Assembly (NCBI GenBank): GCA_963771175.1
Contig: CAVYSY010000034.1
Span: forward strand, 19,360 to 83,359
Origin: an uncultured delta proteobacterium
GTDB lineage: Bacteria; Myxococcota; Myxococcia; Myxococcales; Myxococcaceae
Direction of reading: 5' to 3'
Length of the DNA: 64,000 bases
This document shows positions 11,801 through 21,525 of this stretch, in pieces. A model generated the notes under the pieces. That model saw only the letters and a list, made by a program, of their open reading frames with translations, was not told where the DNA came from and did no database searches. Both the position numbers and the translations under genes were made by a program. Each line of letters opens with the position of its first letter. Position 1 is the stretch's first letter.

Positions 11801-11917
11801 CTCTGTTCCTTCGGGTGTCGGCTGACACCCCCACACCATGCCGCACAAAGCCAGCACGACGAGCCAAGAGCGGCCTATCGAGGACAACAGGCGAGTGCTA
11901 ATGCCTTTCTTGGACAT
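5888..11917 (-). CDS. Teneurin-like NHL/YD-repeat (RHS) lipoprotein, copy 1 (2009 aa)
   Basis: Lipoprotein-like signal (LALCGMVWGC), NHL propeller (GDNGPAINAQLSAPWHL), YD repeats, RHS core (GLRDYDPETGRWTTLDP...PIAFRDPTG) and a C-terminal tip of about 145 aa. Confidence 0.92.
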   Translation of the reverse strand: MSKKGISTRLLSSIGRSWLVVLALCGMVWGCQPTPEGTETLDAGDTPSESDAGGLADAGPEDAGSTTDAGETSDAGLADAGTPPECVVDQDCASNRCVAGSCNPPPQSTSLPPGAMTDIEDSTRFLYTGGNPVQRGVDAGTIEARRVAVIRGQVRARGGAPLADVRVSILSHPEYGYTFTRADGQFDLVINGGGTVTLNYQRADLLPAQRTLVATPWRDYVWAPEVVMVGKDPVATTIDLASISGIAVARGSPSTDASGSRQATLFFPQGTTASRVKADGTTEPLSTITVRATEYTVGADGPKSMPAELPPTSAYTYAVELSVDELGPDEEVRFSQPVAVYVENFLGFPVGSIVPAGFYDRKNAAWLASDNGRVISILSKTGGLAELDIAGQGTAATEAELTALGIGEAERVRLATLYSVGTSLWRTPTLHFTPWDYNWPYGPPLECPAPPPSPEPPPKEDECEQKGSIIGCQSQVLGEAFPIEGTRYQLRYSSRWLGAPAVPVVISDSSLPSTVKRIEVELTYAGHRIFETFDPAPNLTKAYRLAPTDAYGRKLSGPVPVRVVISYVYQALYLQPAGQARAFAAMSQAARSGGAAYSRDTERLEIRQTRVLQPKVRFQADNLASLGGLRLDVHHALTSDGTVLSMGDGTERTMKDVLVTYAGNGSRRGGDGEVATNAGFNVVNGAAFGPDGSMYVADSWSALVRRIDGATQVVSTFAGSIEYGGSSYGDNGPAVQAGLEVPNAVTVAPDGSVYIADRYRVRKVDPSGIITTAAGGGTVKVLNSPVPATQASFGFLMGIVAAPDGTVFISDGNDGRIYRLDRDGMLTRIAGSTHGFSGDNGPAINAQLSAPWHLTLDKDGALFVADNGNNRIRRIGPDGVIRTVAGNGTWASQGDGAAAVDGSLEGPSGVAVRPDGSLLISEANRIREVTRDGILRTYAGNGLSGTPVEGAPAISQPLVSPGFVTLSPRGVASFGDNYYFVRQVKETRPRLNAAGEMLVPQGQEVFVFNAQGRHLRTVDGLDGRVLLSFEYTAEGRLAGVRDAQNRLTRIERDADGKPTAIVAPGGERTTLATGASGRLSRITHPNGTSEALSYDAEGLLSELTDAAGGKHLFSYDVMGRLTRDEGPGGFVKTLTRTDTPQGYDVTVSTGLGVATTYRTVQLGTGDSQRILIGLGGVQREMISRLDGTTISTQADGTITTTISGADPVWGMLSPMPKSIRITSPGGQQSTTTFARTVTLADPSNPFSITRSVDTVTRDGKAVSITYDAATRTRTLVSATGQQVTRTFDAQGRELSLDVGGGFSSTTRAYDAEGRLSQVARGALVQDFAYAPNGRLASVTTPSGAPTSFGYNAAGQLTSMTLPGGAALAVGYDAAGHLTRLEAPGGRVHTLEVDATGGLAKHVAPGGGQTLLSRDADGRVREVTLPSARKTQLAYDSAGRLSTVTSPEATTRLTYDGIHSSATQATWTPSSGSAQSLTWGFDGALVTRLTFAGAANGTYDFDYANLQPTGLRLDNGPVTTIARDADGQEIGRGPFTFTRNGPLGAISQVDTNGMAATVGFDALGRVQSRALTVGGTQKYSLALTYEASGRVASRTESVDGVTQTESFGYDAAGQLVSVQRDGAAAESYTFDVNGNRLSRSATGQPDESATYDLQDRVVSSGGNAYGYNADGQLASRGSDSFSYSTAGQLLSATVGGKQVSYSYDAFGRRVARTEGATKTEYLYADKSTRITHTRSAGVLTEYLYDDAGLLFALRRGTELYFVATDQVGSPRVVTDATGAVIKTLTYDGFGRVRAVGGSEPLFELAVGFAGGIPDEVTGLVRFGLRDYDPETGRWTTLDPLLFGGGDANLYRYVGNNPIAFRDPTGTSALCDALQRIADDISQHDMSPFEYGWHVLGPLFTRSGAPNDNAGADANNVKDFDGVDMQYVSFAYSLSSLHGGGVFGATMGWMDSAAWVAIRAVWQWAQGASAKAALNNAAANMAGVNLGALASLYSNFQAFVDDYCDDEKCKK

Positions 11918-12079
11918 GACAATGAACTCCTCGTCGCCAATGGCGGCGGAGGCGGAGCGTGCGCTCGTTAGGTATAGGAGAGCTGGGGGTACCCCGCGGG
12001 CGGAGGGCTGGCGCAGGGATGCCGCGGAGGGCGGTTGCCAAAGCCAGGGTGTGTTGGCAGTGGCTGATGCGCTCTCTTA

Positions 12080-12135
12080 TTGGTGTGTTGGTCTATTGGT
12101 GCGTTGGTCGGCGCCCAGTTGGTCGGCGCCCAGTG
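12080..12135. repeat. TTGGT motifs at 8-nt spacing plus a duplicated TTGGTCGGCGCCCAG
   Basis: ttggtgtg ttggtcta ttggtgcg ttggtcggcgcccag ttggtcggcgcccag in the intergenic region upstream of 11917. Confidence 0.6.
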
Positions 12136-12209
12136 GAACCACCCCTGGTCGCCGACCCTTTCACTTCGCCTTATATTTTCCAAAAAACCAAAAGCCCTGT
12201 CAACGCGGG

Positions 12210-12258
12210 ATTTCCATTACATCTGAAATGTACATTACATCTGAAATGTAATGGAAAT
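12210..12258. promoter_or_regulatory. AT-rich compound site: 18-bp tandem duplication inside a 13-bp inverted repeat
   Basis: CATTACATCTGAAATGTA occurs twice (12215-12250). The block is bounded by ATTTCCATTACAT...ATGTAATGGAAAT. Confidence 0.55.
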
Positions 12259-12280
12259 TGGACAAGCGGGTGTCCAGACA

Positions 12281-15200
12281 TCAACCGCGGTCGACGCCAT
12301 CAATGGATGCGCCGGCCCCCGGGCTCGTAAAGGGAAGCTCGAGGGTGGCGATGGCGCCCTTGCCCGGCCCTTCACTCTCCAGCGTCAGCCGTCCCCCCAG
12401 GAGCCGGGCCGCCAGCGCACTGGCATGCAAGCCATTGCCGTAGCCGGCCTTGCGCGTGCTGAAGCCTTGCGTGAAGAGGCGCTCGCGGACTTCCGGCGCC
12501 AGGCCCTCGCCGTTGTCCACCACCTGGATGCGGGCCCACCCGCCCTCCGAGGCCAACCGCACTTCCATGCGCCGCTCCGCCTCGGGCACGGACTCCACGG
12601 CCCTGCGGGCATTGCTGAGCAGGTTGACGAGGATTTGCAGCACCCGATGCCTGTCCACCCTCACCCTGGGGAGAGCGGCGAGTTCCTTCGTCACCGGGAC
12701 CTGGGCGTGCCGCGAGGCCATCTGGTGCAGCCGCAGGGCTTCCTCCACCAGCCCGGTCAGGTCGCACTCGTCCGTCAGCAGCGTGGACTTCGCGTAGGTC
12801 CGCTGCATCTGGATGATGGCCCGCACCCTGTCCACGTGCCCCTCCAGGGTCTCCAGGCCCTGCTTCAGCACCGCCTGCTCCTGCAGCAGCTCGGAGGAGA
12901 GGCCAGAGAGGTAGCTCGGCAGGAGGCTGCCACGCGAGTCCCGGGAGAGGAAGTCCGCCAGGCCTTCGCGCCGCACCTCCAGCAGCTCCGAGACCTGCTT
13001 CACCCGGCCCACGCGCGAGGACTCCACCGCCCTGCGGAGCAGGTCGCAGTCCACCACGACGCTGGTGAGGGCATTGCCGGCCTCGTGGAGGATGTTGGTG
13101 GCGATCTCCGCCATGCCCACCACGCGCGCCGTCTCCATCAGGTGGGACTGGGCCTGCTTCAGCTCGCGCGTGCGCTCCTCCACGCGCCGCTCCAGCTCGT
13201 CATTGGACCGGCGCAGCGCCGTCTCGGCCCGCCGCACCTCCTCGTACAGGCGCGCGTTCTCCACCGAGATGGCGGCCTGGGAGGCGAGATGTCTGAGCAG
13301 GGCCAGGCGGCTCGGCGGGAAGGCCTCGGTGGCCAGGTCGTTCTCCAGGTAGAGCAGTCCGTCGAGCGCCTCCCCACGTCCCAGGGGGAGGCACAGCAGG
13401 CAGCGGGCCGCACTGTGGGAGAAGAACGGATCCTCGGAGAAGGCGTGGGGCTGGGCGGTGTCGTTGAGCAGGACGTGCTCGCCCGAGCGCCGCACATACG
13501 TCAGCAGTGCCCAGGGGAGCTGCCGGGCGGCAGCCTCCGGGAGCGGGGCCTGGTCCGGGGTGACCTCCACGAGGGCCGCCACCTCCAGCGTGTCCTGCCG
13601 CAGCAGCAGCAGCGCGCCGCGCTGGGCCCCGGCGGTCTCCAGCGCCACCCGCATCAGGGTGTCCACCAGCCGCTCCAGGACGATCTCACTGGAGATGGCC
13701 TGCTGGGCCTTGACGACCGTGAGCGCATCCAGGTGGTTGGTATCCGTGTCGTAACTGGTGCTGGAGCCCTGGCCTCTCACGGACGGCGAGGCCAGCAACG
13801 GCCACTGCTCGTCCAGGTGCCGCACCTTGCCCTCGGCCCCCCACTGAGACCAGGCCTCCCGGGCCTCCCGAGCGAAGAAGAGGGAGGTGGTGGACAGGCC
13901 CCGCTCCTTCCAGAAGCGCGCGGCCAGCTCACAGGCCAGGGCCGCGTTCTGCAGGGAGCCCTGCTCGCGGGCGGACTGGAGGGCCTCCTCGTAGGCGCGG
14001 TGGGCCTTCTCCGGTTCGCCCTTCAGGCGCGCCAGCTCCGCGGACACCAATCTCTCGGCCGCGCGGAAGTTCTCCGGGCTGTTCCCAGCCCACTCCGCCA
14101 GCTGCCGTTGGTGCTCCTCGATGGCCTCGAGGTACTCGCGCCGCCGCGGCGGCGGGGCGTCCCGGCAGCACGCCGCCAGGGTCAGCGCCTCATACAGCAC
14201 ATGGAAGTAATGGAAGACCTGACCGGAGTTGGACCAGAGCAGCGCCTTGACACTCTCAGCCGACTGGCGCGCCTGCTCATGAGCGCCGCACATGAAACGC
14301 GACATCATCTTCACGATGCCGTAGCTGCACCGCAGTGGAATGCCCCCCGCGGCCAGCCGTGCCTCGAACGTCTCCTCCTCGAACCCGTCTCCATTCAAGG
14401 TGGAGAAGGAGTCGGAGAGGCCTTGCAGCTGCTCCACGTAACGCCGGAAGACGAGCATCATCTGGGAGACGTCCCTGAAGCCCACCTTGGAGGCGAAGTC
14501 GTAGCCCGCCAGGGCCTCCTGCCGCACGTCCGCCAGGTCGTGCCCCATGGCGAGAGGAAGCGAGGTGCCCAGGTTGAAGGTGAGGGCGGCATTGCCGAAG
14601 CCACCCGCCACGATCGACTGCTGGAAGGCCCTGCGGATGAGCTCCCGTGCGGAAGAGAACGGGCTCGACCACTGAGCGTTGAGCGCCCGGGCGTGGAGCG
14701 CCTCGCCCTGGTAGGCGGAGAGGCCCTGGCGCTCGGCGAGCTGGCACGCGAAGTCGCTGATGGCCAGTCCCTCGCGGTACCGCTTGAAGACGGTGCTGCT
14801 CATGAAGCCGAACCACGCATACGCGTGCGCGGAGGCGTCCACGTTCCCATGTCGGAGGCTGAGGGTCACCATCCGGCAGAGGTGGAGGGCGAACAGGTTC
14901 CTCCGGCAGAAGAAGGCGGGCGCGAACAGGGCCGCGAGGACGCTCAGGGCCGCCCTCATGTCCGGGTCCGTCAAGGCCGGCAGCTCGAGGAGGCTCTCGA
15001 TGGGACGCGCGCCAACCAGGGACCACGCCTCCTCGTGGGCCGCCACCACCTCCTCCATGGAGGGCTCCAGCGGCAGGGGCATACCGAACTTCTCCAGGCA
15101 CTCCAGCAGACAGGCGACGGCGCCCTCCGCGTCACTGGAGGAGAGGAGCAGCTCGCTCTTGAAGCGATACGCGGCCGCCATCTCCGTGCGCGTGCGTGCC

Positions 15201-17624
15201 CGCGGCAGCAGGTCCTCCACCAACCGGCGCGCCTCGGCGGCATTGCCGCTCATCACCTCGCTGCTCGCCTGAGCCAGGCGCAGCTTGAAGGCCAGGGCGC
15301 CCTCCCCTTCCCAGGGATTGCCGGGCAGCAGGGAGAAGGCCGTGTTGAAGCAGGCCACGGCCGCGTGGTGGGCGTTGGAGGCCTTGGCCCTCCAACCCGC
15401 TTCGGCATTCAGGTGCGCCAGACGGGAGCGCTCCGCGTCCTCCTGCATCAACTCCACACCCGCGTTGAGGTGGCCCACCACCTCGAAGAGGCGCTCGCGC
15501 AGCTCCTCGGGCGAGAGCCGCTCCAACAGCAGGCGGCCCAAGCGCAGGTGGATGGCCTTGCGCTCCTCCTCGGGGATGAGGGAGTAGGCCGCCTGCTGGA
15601 TGCGATCGTGCGAGGAAGCGATACCGCTCGGCATCCACCCGAACCAGCAGCTCCTCCTGGAGAGCGGGCTCCAGGCCCTGCTCCACCTGGGGGACGTCCT
15701 GGTGGGAGAGGAGTGCCAGCTTCCGTACGGAGAAGGCATTGCCCACGCACGCCGCCAGACGGAGCAGCGGCAGGGACTGCTCCGTCAACTGCCGCAGGCG
15801 GCCCACCATGAAGTCGATGACGTTGTCCGAGTACCCCCTGGCCCGTACCCCCTCGGCGTCCCAGCGCCAGCCGCCCTCGGGTGCACGCACCACCAATCCG
15901 TCCTGGTGGAGCGCCTGCACCCACTGGAGGAGGAAGAAGGGGTTGCCCCCCGTCTTCTCCTGGACGAGGGACGCCAGGGACACCACCAGCTCCTCCCCGG
16001 CCCCGGGAAAGGCATCGGCCACCAGCCGCCGCGTCTGCTCCAGCGACAGGGGGCCCAGGTGGATGTCCCCCAACCTCGCCCCGTCCTCGCGCACCTCCGC
16101 CAGGGTTCGCGCCAGCGGGTGCGAGGGACTCACCTCGTTGTCCCGGTAGGCGCCAATCAACAGCAGGGGCGGCGTATCCGGGTGCGTGGCGATGTACCGG
16201 AGCAACTCGAGGCTGGCGAAGTCCGCCCACTGCAAGTCATCCAGGAAGAGGACGAGGGGGCGCTCGGGGGTGGCGAAGACACCGAGGAAGCGCTGGAAGA
16301 CACGGTTGAAACGGTTGCGCGCCTCGACGGGGGGTAGCTCGGGGAGGGCGGGCTGCGCGCCGGCAACCCGCTCGAGCTGGGGCACCAGCTCCACCAGCAC
16401 CTGGCCGTTGCCCTCCCAGGCCACCAGCAGCCGCTGGCGCCAGGCAGCCACCTCCTCGTCGCTGCCGGCCAGCAACTGCCGCACCAGCTCCCGGATGGCC
16501 CGCGCCAGCGTGGAGTAGGGAGCGTCGTGCTGGAGCTGGTCGAACTTGCCGCTGAGGAAGAAGCCTCGCCGCCGCAGCACGGGGCGGTGCAGCTCGCCGA
16601 CGGCGGCGGACTTGCCGATGCCGGAGTAGCCACGCACGAGCACCCATTCGGTGCGCCCCGTGCGCGCCACCCGCTCGAAGGCCTTCAGCAGGGTGTCCAC
16701 CTCCGCCTCGCGGCCATACAGCTGCTGGGGAAGCTGGAAGCGGGCGGGAAGGTCCCGGCGGCCCAGGGAGAAGGGCTCCAGCGTCCCGTGCCGCAACGCC
16801 TCCTGGCACTGCTCCAGGTCCGCCCGCAGCCCCTCGGCACTCTGGTAGCGCTCCTCGGCCACCTTGGCCAGCAGCTTCATCACCACCGCCGAGAGCGCGG
16901 GGGGAATGGACGGCACCACCTGGTGCGCAGGCGTGGGGGCCTGGGCCAGATGAGCGTGGAACCACTCCAGCACGTCCTGCCCGTGGAAAGGCAGCCTCCC
17001 CGTCAACACCTCGTAGAACGATATCCCCAGCGAGTAGAAGTCCGTGCGGTAGTCCACCGCGCGATTCATCCGCCCCGACTGCTCCGGGGACATGTAGGCC
17101 GGAGTGCCCTCGACGAGCTGGTGCTGGAGGACGGCCTCCACGTGCTCCACCCGCTGCAGGGTGGCGATGCCGAAGTCGATGAGCCAGGCCCTCCCCGAGG
17201 GTGACACGAGGATGTTGGCGGGCTTGATGTCCTTGTGGATGACGCCGCGCCGATGGACCTCCGCCAGGGTGGCCGCCAGGGAGAGGGCCAACGCGAGGAA
17301 GCGGGACGGCTCGAGGGGGCGGCCCACCTGCTCCGAGAGGGCCAGGCCCCCCACGTCCTCCAGCACGAGGAGGGGCCGCTCCTGGAGCACCTCATGAGCG
17401 TGGACGGCGAGCACTCCGGGAGCGCCCCGCAGGTGCCGCAGGAGCTCGAACTCTCGCTGGTAGCGGGCGCGCTCGCGCGGGCCGGGGTACCGAGAACGCG
17501 GCGTCTTGACAATGACGGGCAGCCCGTCGGCCTCACGAGTCGCGCGGTAGAGGATGTTCGCCCCCGTCTCCTGGAAGGGGCCCAGGAGCGTGTAACCGGG
17601 GAGATGGAGAGAAGCGATGCGCAT
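12281..17624 (-). pseudogene. Hybrid Ser/Thr kinase - AAA ATPase - GAF - histidine kinase, split by a +1 frameshift near 15611
   Basis: Upstream ORF has HKDIKPAN, DFG, GTPAYMSPEQ, GYSGIGKS and LDDLQW. Downstream ORF has GAF, ILHEAGN, NLLSNA, DNGEG and GLH. The family motif YRFLHDRIQQAAY is broken by one extra base (TTC CTC G CAC GAT). May be a sequencing error. Confidence 0.85.
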
Positions 17625-17992
17625 GGAGTGGGGCTCCGCTCTTCCCTGAGGCCGAGAGCGAGCGCGGGACCATAACACCTCGGCCCCACTCCACTTTCCG
17701 GACAAGGGCGCTCCTGGTCTCCCCCTCGATCAGGAGCCAGGCTTAGTCAGGGAATGCGGGTGCGGAGCCCGCACGCTCCGTGCGACCCAGCACCGACTCC
17801 GATGAGTAGCGCCTCGCCCAGAAGCTTCCACACCTCATTCACCTCCGCGCTGGGACGTAGCAGCCGTCCCTGACTGGTCCTTGATGTACCCCTGCCATTG
17901 CCGGGCGTGCGCAAAGACAAGCATCCTCTCGAATGGGCCTCCGAGGTTGGCGCGGGCTCTGGGACCATACCCGGTTCGTGAAACGCTTCACA

Positions 17993-19732
17993 TCAACCGG
18001 GAGGAGCTCTCGGTGCCCGCACCTCCGCGCGCTCCCCGCGCCGCGCCCGGTAGGTGTCGAGCCACTGGCGACCGCGCTTCTTCACCTCCAGCACGGTGCC
18101 AAGCACCAGCCGCTCGGCCCGCATGCGCAGCAGATCCACCCGGAGCCCGAGCGGAGTGGCGATGCGAATGCGGCCCTGCTCATAGGCCTCGGTCATCGCG
18201 CGCCGCTGCAGCTTGCCGCTGCTCGTCTTCTGGAACTGGCCGTAGCGGACGAACAGCACGTCCTCGGGCGCCACCGTCACGCCCACCGCGGCCAGCACGG
18301 TCTCCACCACCTGCTTCTGGCCGTGCCGCCGGTCCTCCAAGACGGAGGGCTGGTGGACCTCGGCGAGCACCACCACCCGGCCTCCCGCCTGGATGACGGC
18401 CGTGCGGCCCGGGCGGATGAAGGGCAGACGCTCGATGGCCTGCTCGAAGTCACTGGAGAAGAAGCTCTGCCCGTTGACCTTGATGCGGTCGCTGACGCGG
18501 CCGGTGATGAAGAGTTCCCCCTCCTGCAGGAAGCCCAGGTCCCCCGTGGCGTAGAAGCCGTCCTCCCCGCGCAGCGGCCGGTCGTCCTCGAAGTAGGCCG
18601 GAGCCAGGCTGCCTCCGCGTAGCTGGACTTCCCCCAGCTCCCGCTCACCGCACGGGCGCCCGTCCTCGGTGCGCAGCCGCACCTCGAAGGCGGACAGCGG
18701 CGGCCCCACGGAGATGGCCGGGACGCCGTTGGGCGCGGTGACGACCCGCCACGGCGCGTCCCTCCCCGTGCAGGACACCATCAGCACCGCCTCGGCCATG
18801 CCGTAGCAAGGCTTGAACACGTCCCGCTTCAGCCCGTGAGGGGCCAGCAGCCGGGTGAAGCGCTCCAGGTTGGGGATGTTGATGGGCTCGCTGCCCAGGT
18901 ACACCATCCGCAGCGCGGACAAATCCAACCGCTCCAGCTCCTCGGGGTCCGCTTCGCTCAGGCGCTTGAGCGCGTAATCGATGGCGAAGTTGGGGATGAC
19001 GGAGAGGGTGGCGCGGCGCTCGGACATCGCCTCCAGCCAGCCCATCGGATCCATCACGAACGCCATCGGCTGCGTCATGAAGATGTCATGGCCCGTGAGG
19101 AGGCAGCTCAGCAGGCTGATGAGCCCCATGTCGTGGTAAAGCGGCAGCCAGGTGAAGCCCTGGTCCTCGGGAGTGCGGCCATCGTGGGCGGCGATCATCC
19201 CGGCATTGGCCACCAGGTTGCGCTGGGTGACGGGCACGCCCTTGGGGAAGGACGTGGAGCCGGAGGAGAACTGGACGAAGGCCAGCTCATCCGGCTCCAC
19301 CCGCCGCAGCCGGGCTCCCGGCAGCAGAGCCCCCGCGGGCGGCAGGGCGAGGCGGCGCAGGGGCAGCTCCAGCGGACCCAGGGCAGGCACGTCCAGCACC
19401 TGGGAGACCCCGTAGCGGGTGGCGATGCGCCCGAGGAACTCGCGGTAGCTGTCCTTGGGCGTGCTCAGGATGTACGGCTTCACCGAGAGCGGCAGGGCCC
19501 CAAGCTCCATGAGCCCGAAGAGGGAGGAGAGCACCGCCTCGGACGTCTCGAAGGGGAGCAGGATGCGCTGGCCCTTGCTCACCCCCTGGGCGCGGTAGTG
19601 CTCCGCGCACGCCGCCACGCGGGCGGGGAATTCGGTGTAGCGATGGAAGGTGGGCGGGCTGAAGAAGTCCTCGCCCAGGTGCAGCCCCCGCTTCGGGTCC
19701 ACCCCCTCCAGCCGTTGGATGAGGTCGAGCAT
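17993..19732 (-). CDS. Fatty acyl-AMP ligase-like adenylation enzyme
   Basis: Start MLDLIQRLEG. Motifs FVQFSSGSTSFPKG, WLPLYHDMGL, PCYGMAE, TGDLG, GR..D.IKVNG and KTSSGK. Confidence 0.88.
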   Translation of the reverse strand: MLDLIQRLEGVDPKRGLHLGEDFFSPPTFHRYTEFPARVAACAEHYRAQGVSKGQRILLPFETSEAVLSSLFGLMELGALPLSVKPYILSTPKDSYREFLGRIATRYGVSQVLDVPALGPLELPLRRLALPPAGALLPGARLRRVEPDELAFVQFSSGSTSFPKGVPVTQRNLVANAGMIAAHDGRTPEDQGFTWLPLYHDMGLISLLSCLLTGHDIFMTQPMAFVMDPMGWLEAMSERRATLSVIPNFAIDYALKRLSEADPEELERLDLSALRMVYLGSEPINIPNLERFTRLLAPHGLKRDVFKPCYGMAEAVLMVSCTGRDAPWRVVTAPNGVPAISVGPPLSAFEVRLRTEDGRPCGERELGEVQLRGGSLAPAYFEDDRPLRGEDGFYATGDLGFLQEGELFITGRVSDRIKVNGQSFFSSDFEQAIERLPFIRPGRTAVIQAGGRVVVLAEVHQPSVLEDRRHGQKQVVETVLAAVGVTVAPEDVLFVRYGQFQKTSSGKLQRRAMTEAYEQGRIRIATPLGLRVDLLRMRAERLVLGTVLEVKKRGRQWLDTYRARRGERAEVRAPRAPPG

Positions 19733-19734
19733 GC

Positions 19735-20673
19735 TCAGGCGCGGGCGGCCAGGCCGCTCATCCACTCGTGGATGCGGGGCAGCACCTCGCGCTTCGCGCG
19801 CTCCCCGCGGATGATGTCGAAGTGACCGAAGTTGCTCTCGAAGCCGTGCGAGCGGCCGCAGACGACGAACGTCTTGCGCGTGCTGCCCAGCTTGGAGACC
19901 AGCTTCTCGGCGCGGCGCGGAGAGGCGTGGAAGACGTCGGCCTCGCCCACCCCGGCGAACACCGGCAGCGTCACCTGCTGAAGCGCCTGCCAGTAGTCCA
20001 CGGACCCGTCGAGGCTCCGGAAGGCCCCCGTGGGCGCCCAGTCCGCGAACTGCTTCATCAGGGCACCGGGCTCGTCGGAGGGGCCCTGCTTGAGCGCCTT
20101 CGCCGGGAAGCGGCCGAGCAGTCCCCCCACCAGGCTGGAGAAGCGCAGCATCACCTGCTTCTTCAGCCCTCCCTCGCTGAAGTCGTTCACCGCCGAGGAC
20201 AGGGTGCACGCGCCGGAGAGCAGCGCCTGCACCTCGGGGTGCACGCCGAGGCTGGCCAGCGCGGCATACCCGGCCATGCTGTGGGCCAGCAGGAAGAGCG
20301 GGCCCGTGTGGCGCTGGCGCACGGCGCGCACGAGATCCGGGATGTCGTTGCGGACGTAGGTGTCGAAGCTCCAGTCCCACGCGCGACGCTCGGGCCAGCG
20401 GCTGCCGCCGTGCCCGCGCAGGTCCGCCAGGTAGACGACGTAGCCCTGGTCGAGGAAGTAGCGGGCCGGGCCCTCCCCGTTGGAACCGAGGAAGAAGCGG
20501 CCATCGGAGAACAGGCCGTGGAGGAACAAAATGGCCGGGGGCTGGGCGGACGCGCTCTCGGGGCGGACCTCCAGCACGTGGAGCTGGTGGCCACCACTGG
20601 TGGGCACCCACCACTCCTCTCGGGACGGGGACGAGGTGGAGGGGGCGGGCTGCTGCAAGGCAGGCTGGGTCAT
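19735..20673 (-). CDS. Alpha/beta-fold hydrolase
   Basis: FLHGL, DLRGHG, nucleophile elbow AHSMAG, C-terminal GHFD. Confidence 0.85.
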   Translation of the reverse strand: MTQPALQQPAPSTSSPSREEWWVPTSGGHQLHVLEVRPESASAQPPAILFLHGLFSDGRFFLGSNGEGPARYFLDQGYVVYLADLRGHGGSRWPERRAWDWSFDTYVRNDIPDLVRAVRQRHTGPLFLLAHSMAGYAALASLGVHPEVQALLSGACTLSSAVNDFSEGGLKKQVMLRFSSLVGGLLGRFPAKALKQGPSDEPGALMKQFADWAPTGAFRSLDGSVDYWQALQQVTLPVFAGVGEADVFHASPRRAEKLVSKLGSTRKTFVVCGRSHGFESNFGHFDIIRGERAKREVLPRIHEWMSGLAARA

Positions 20674-20707
20674 GGAAGGAAACTCCTGGGGCGGAGAAAA
20701 ATGGAGA

Positions 20708-21142
20708 TCAGGGTTGGCCCGGCCGGGCGGTGGCCAGGAAGTCCTGGAGTGAGCAGAGCTTCCGCTCCGCCGAGTCGATGAAGGCCACCTGCAGGCGGGC
20801 CTCAATCGCGAGCTGCTGGCCCGCGTCGATGAGGACCCGCTGCCGGAAGGTGGCGCGGTAGGTGAGTGAGTCCTCCAGCTCCTCGGCGGAGGCGGGAGAC
20901 TCCAGCATCGTCCTCACCAGCACTTGCTGGGGGAGGATCTCTCGGCGGTAGTCCACCTCGATGCGGGACACCACCGGCAGCACGCGCGCGCCCCGGTGCA
21001 AGCCCTGCTGGTCCATCCAGGCCCAGCGGCCCGCCTCCAGGTACTCGAGGACAGTGGCGTTGTTGACGTGGCCGAGGCTGTCCAGGTCATTGGGGCGCAC
21101 GAGCAGCGTCAGGTGGGACTCTTCGAAGCGCAAGACGGGCAC
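20708..21142 (-). CDS. Hot-dog acyl-CoA/acyl-ACP thioesterase (4HBT/FcbC-like)
   Basis: VRPNDLDSLGHVNNATVLEYLEAGR motif. Confidence 0.88.
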   Translation of the reverse strand: MPVLRFEESHLTLLVRPNDLDSLGHVNNATVLEYLEAGRWAWMDQQGLHRGARVLPVVSRIEVDYRREILPQQVLVRTMLESPASAEELEDSLTYRATFRQRVLIDAGQQLAIEARLQVAFIDSAERKLCSLQDFLATARPGQP

Positions 21143-21525
21143 TCCTGGGGTTGGGTGGGCGCGCGTGGCGGCGAGGCCGAGACGATGACCACGGTGGAGA
21201 CGAAGCCCCCGCTATGAGAGATGGAAAGGCGGGCCTCCCAGCCCTGGCGCTCCAGGTGCTCGCGCAGCGCCCCATGAAAGCGGAAGCGAGGCGCGTGCCG
21301 TTCGTCGTGGAGGACCTCGGCATCGGTCCAGAACCAGCCCTCCACCCGCGGCAGCGCCTTGAAGAGGGCCTCCTTGCTGGAGAAGCACCCGGCGAGGCTC
21401 TCCAGGGGGGAGCGGCCGCGCCGGCAGCGTGCTGTCTCCTCCTCGGTGAAGAAGACCCCCGGCTCCCACAGGCCCTCGACGTGCTCCAGCTCGTCGAGGG
21501 CTTGCAGGTCATGGCCGAGGCCCAT
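21109..21525 (-). CDS. acpS: AcpS-type phosphopantetheinyl transferase
   Basis: MGLGHDL, FT..E, AGCFSSKEALFKAL and LSISHS. ATG overlaps the upstream stop (TGATG). Confidence 0.82.
   Translation of the reverse strand: MGLGHDLQALDELEHVEGLWEPGVFFTEEETARCRRGRSPLESLAGCFSSKEALFKALPRVEGWFWTDAEVLHDERHAPRFRFHGALREHLERQGWEARLSISHSGGFVSTVVIVSASPPRAPTQPQECPSCASKSPT

Noticed and set aside
17993..20614. Extended N-termini in the ORF track (873-aa FAAL; also starts at 37295, 45278, 25235, 57877 and 62252)
   Set aside because: The extensions overlap neighbouring genes or are low-complexity. Downstream ATGs with RBS or signal peptides fit better.
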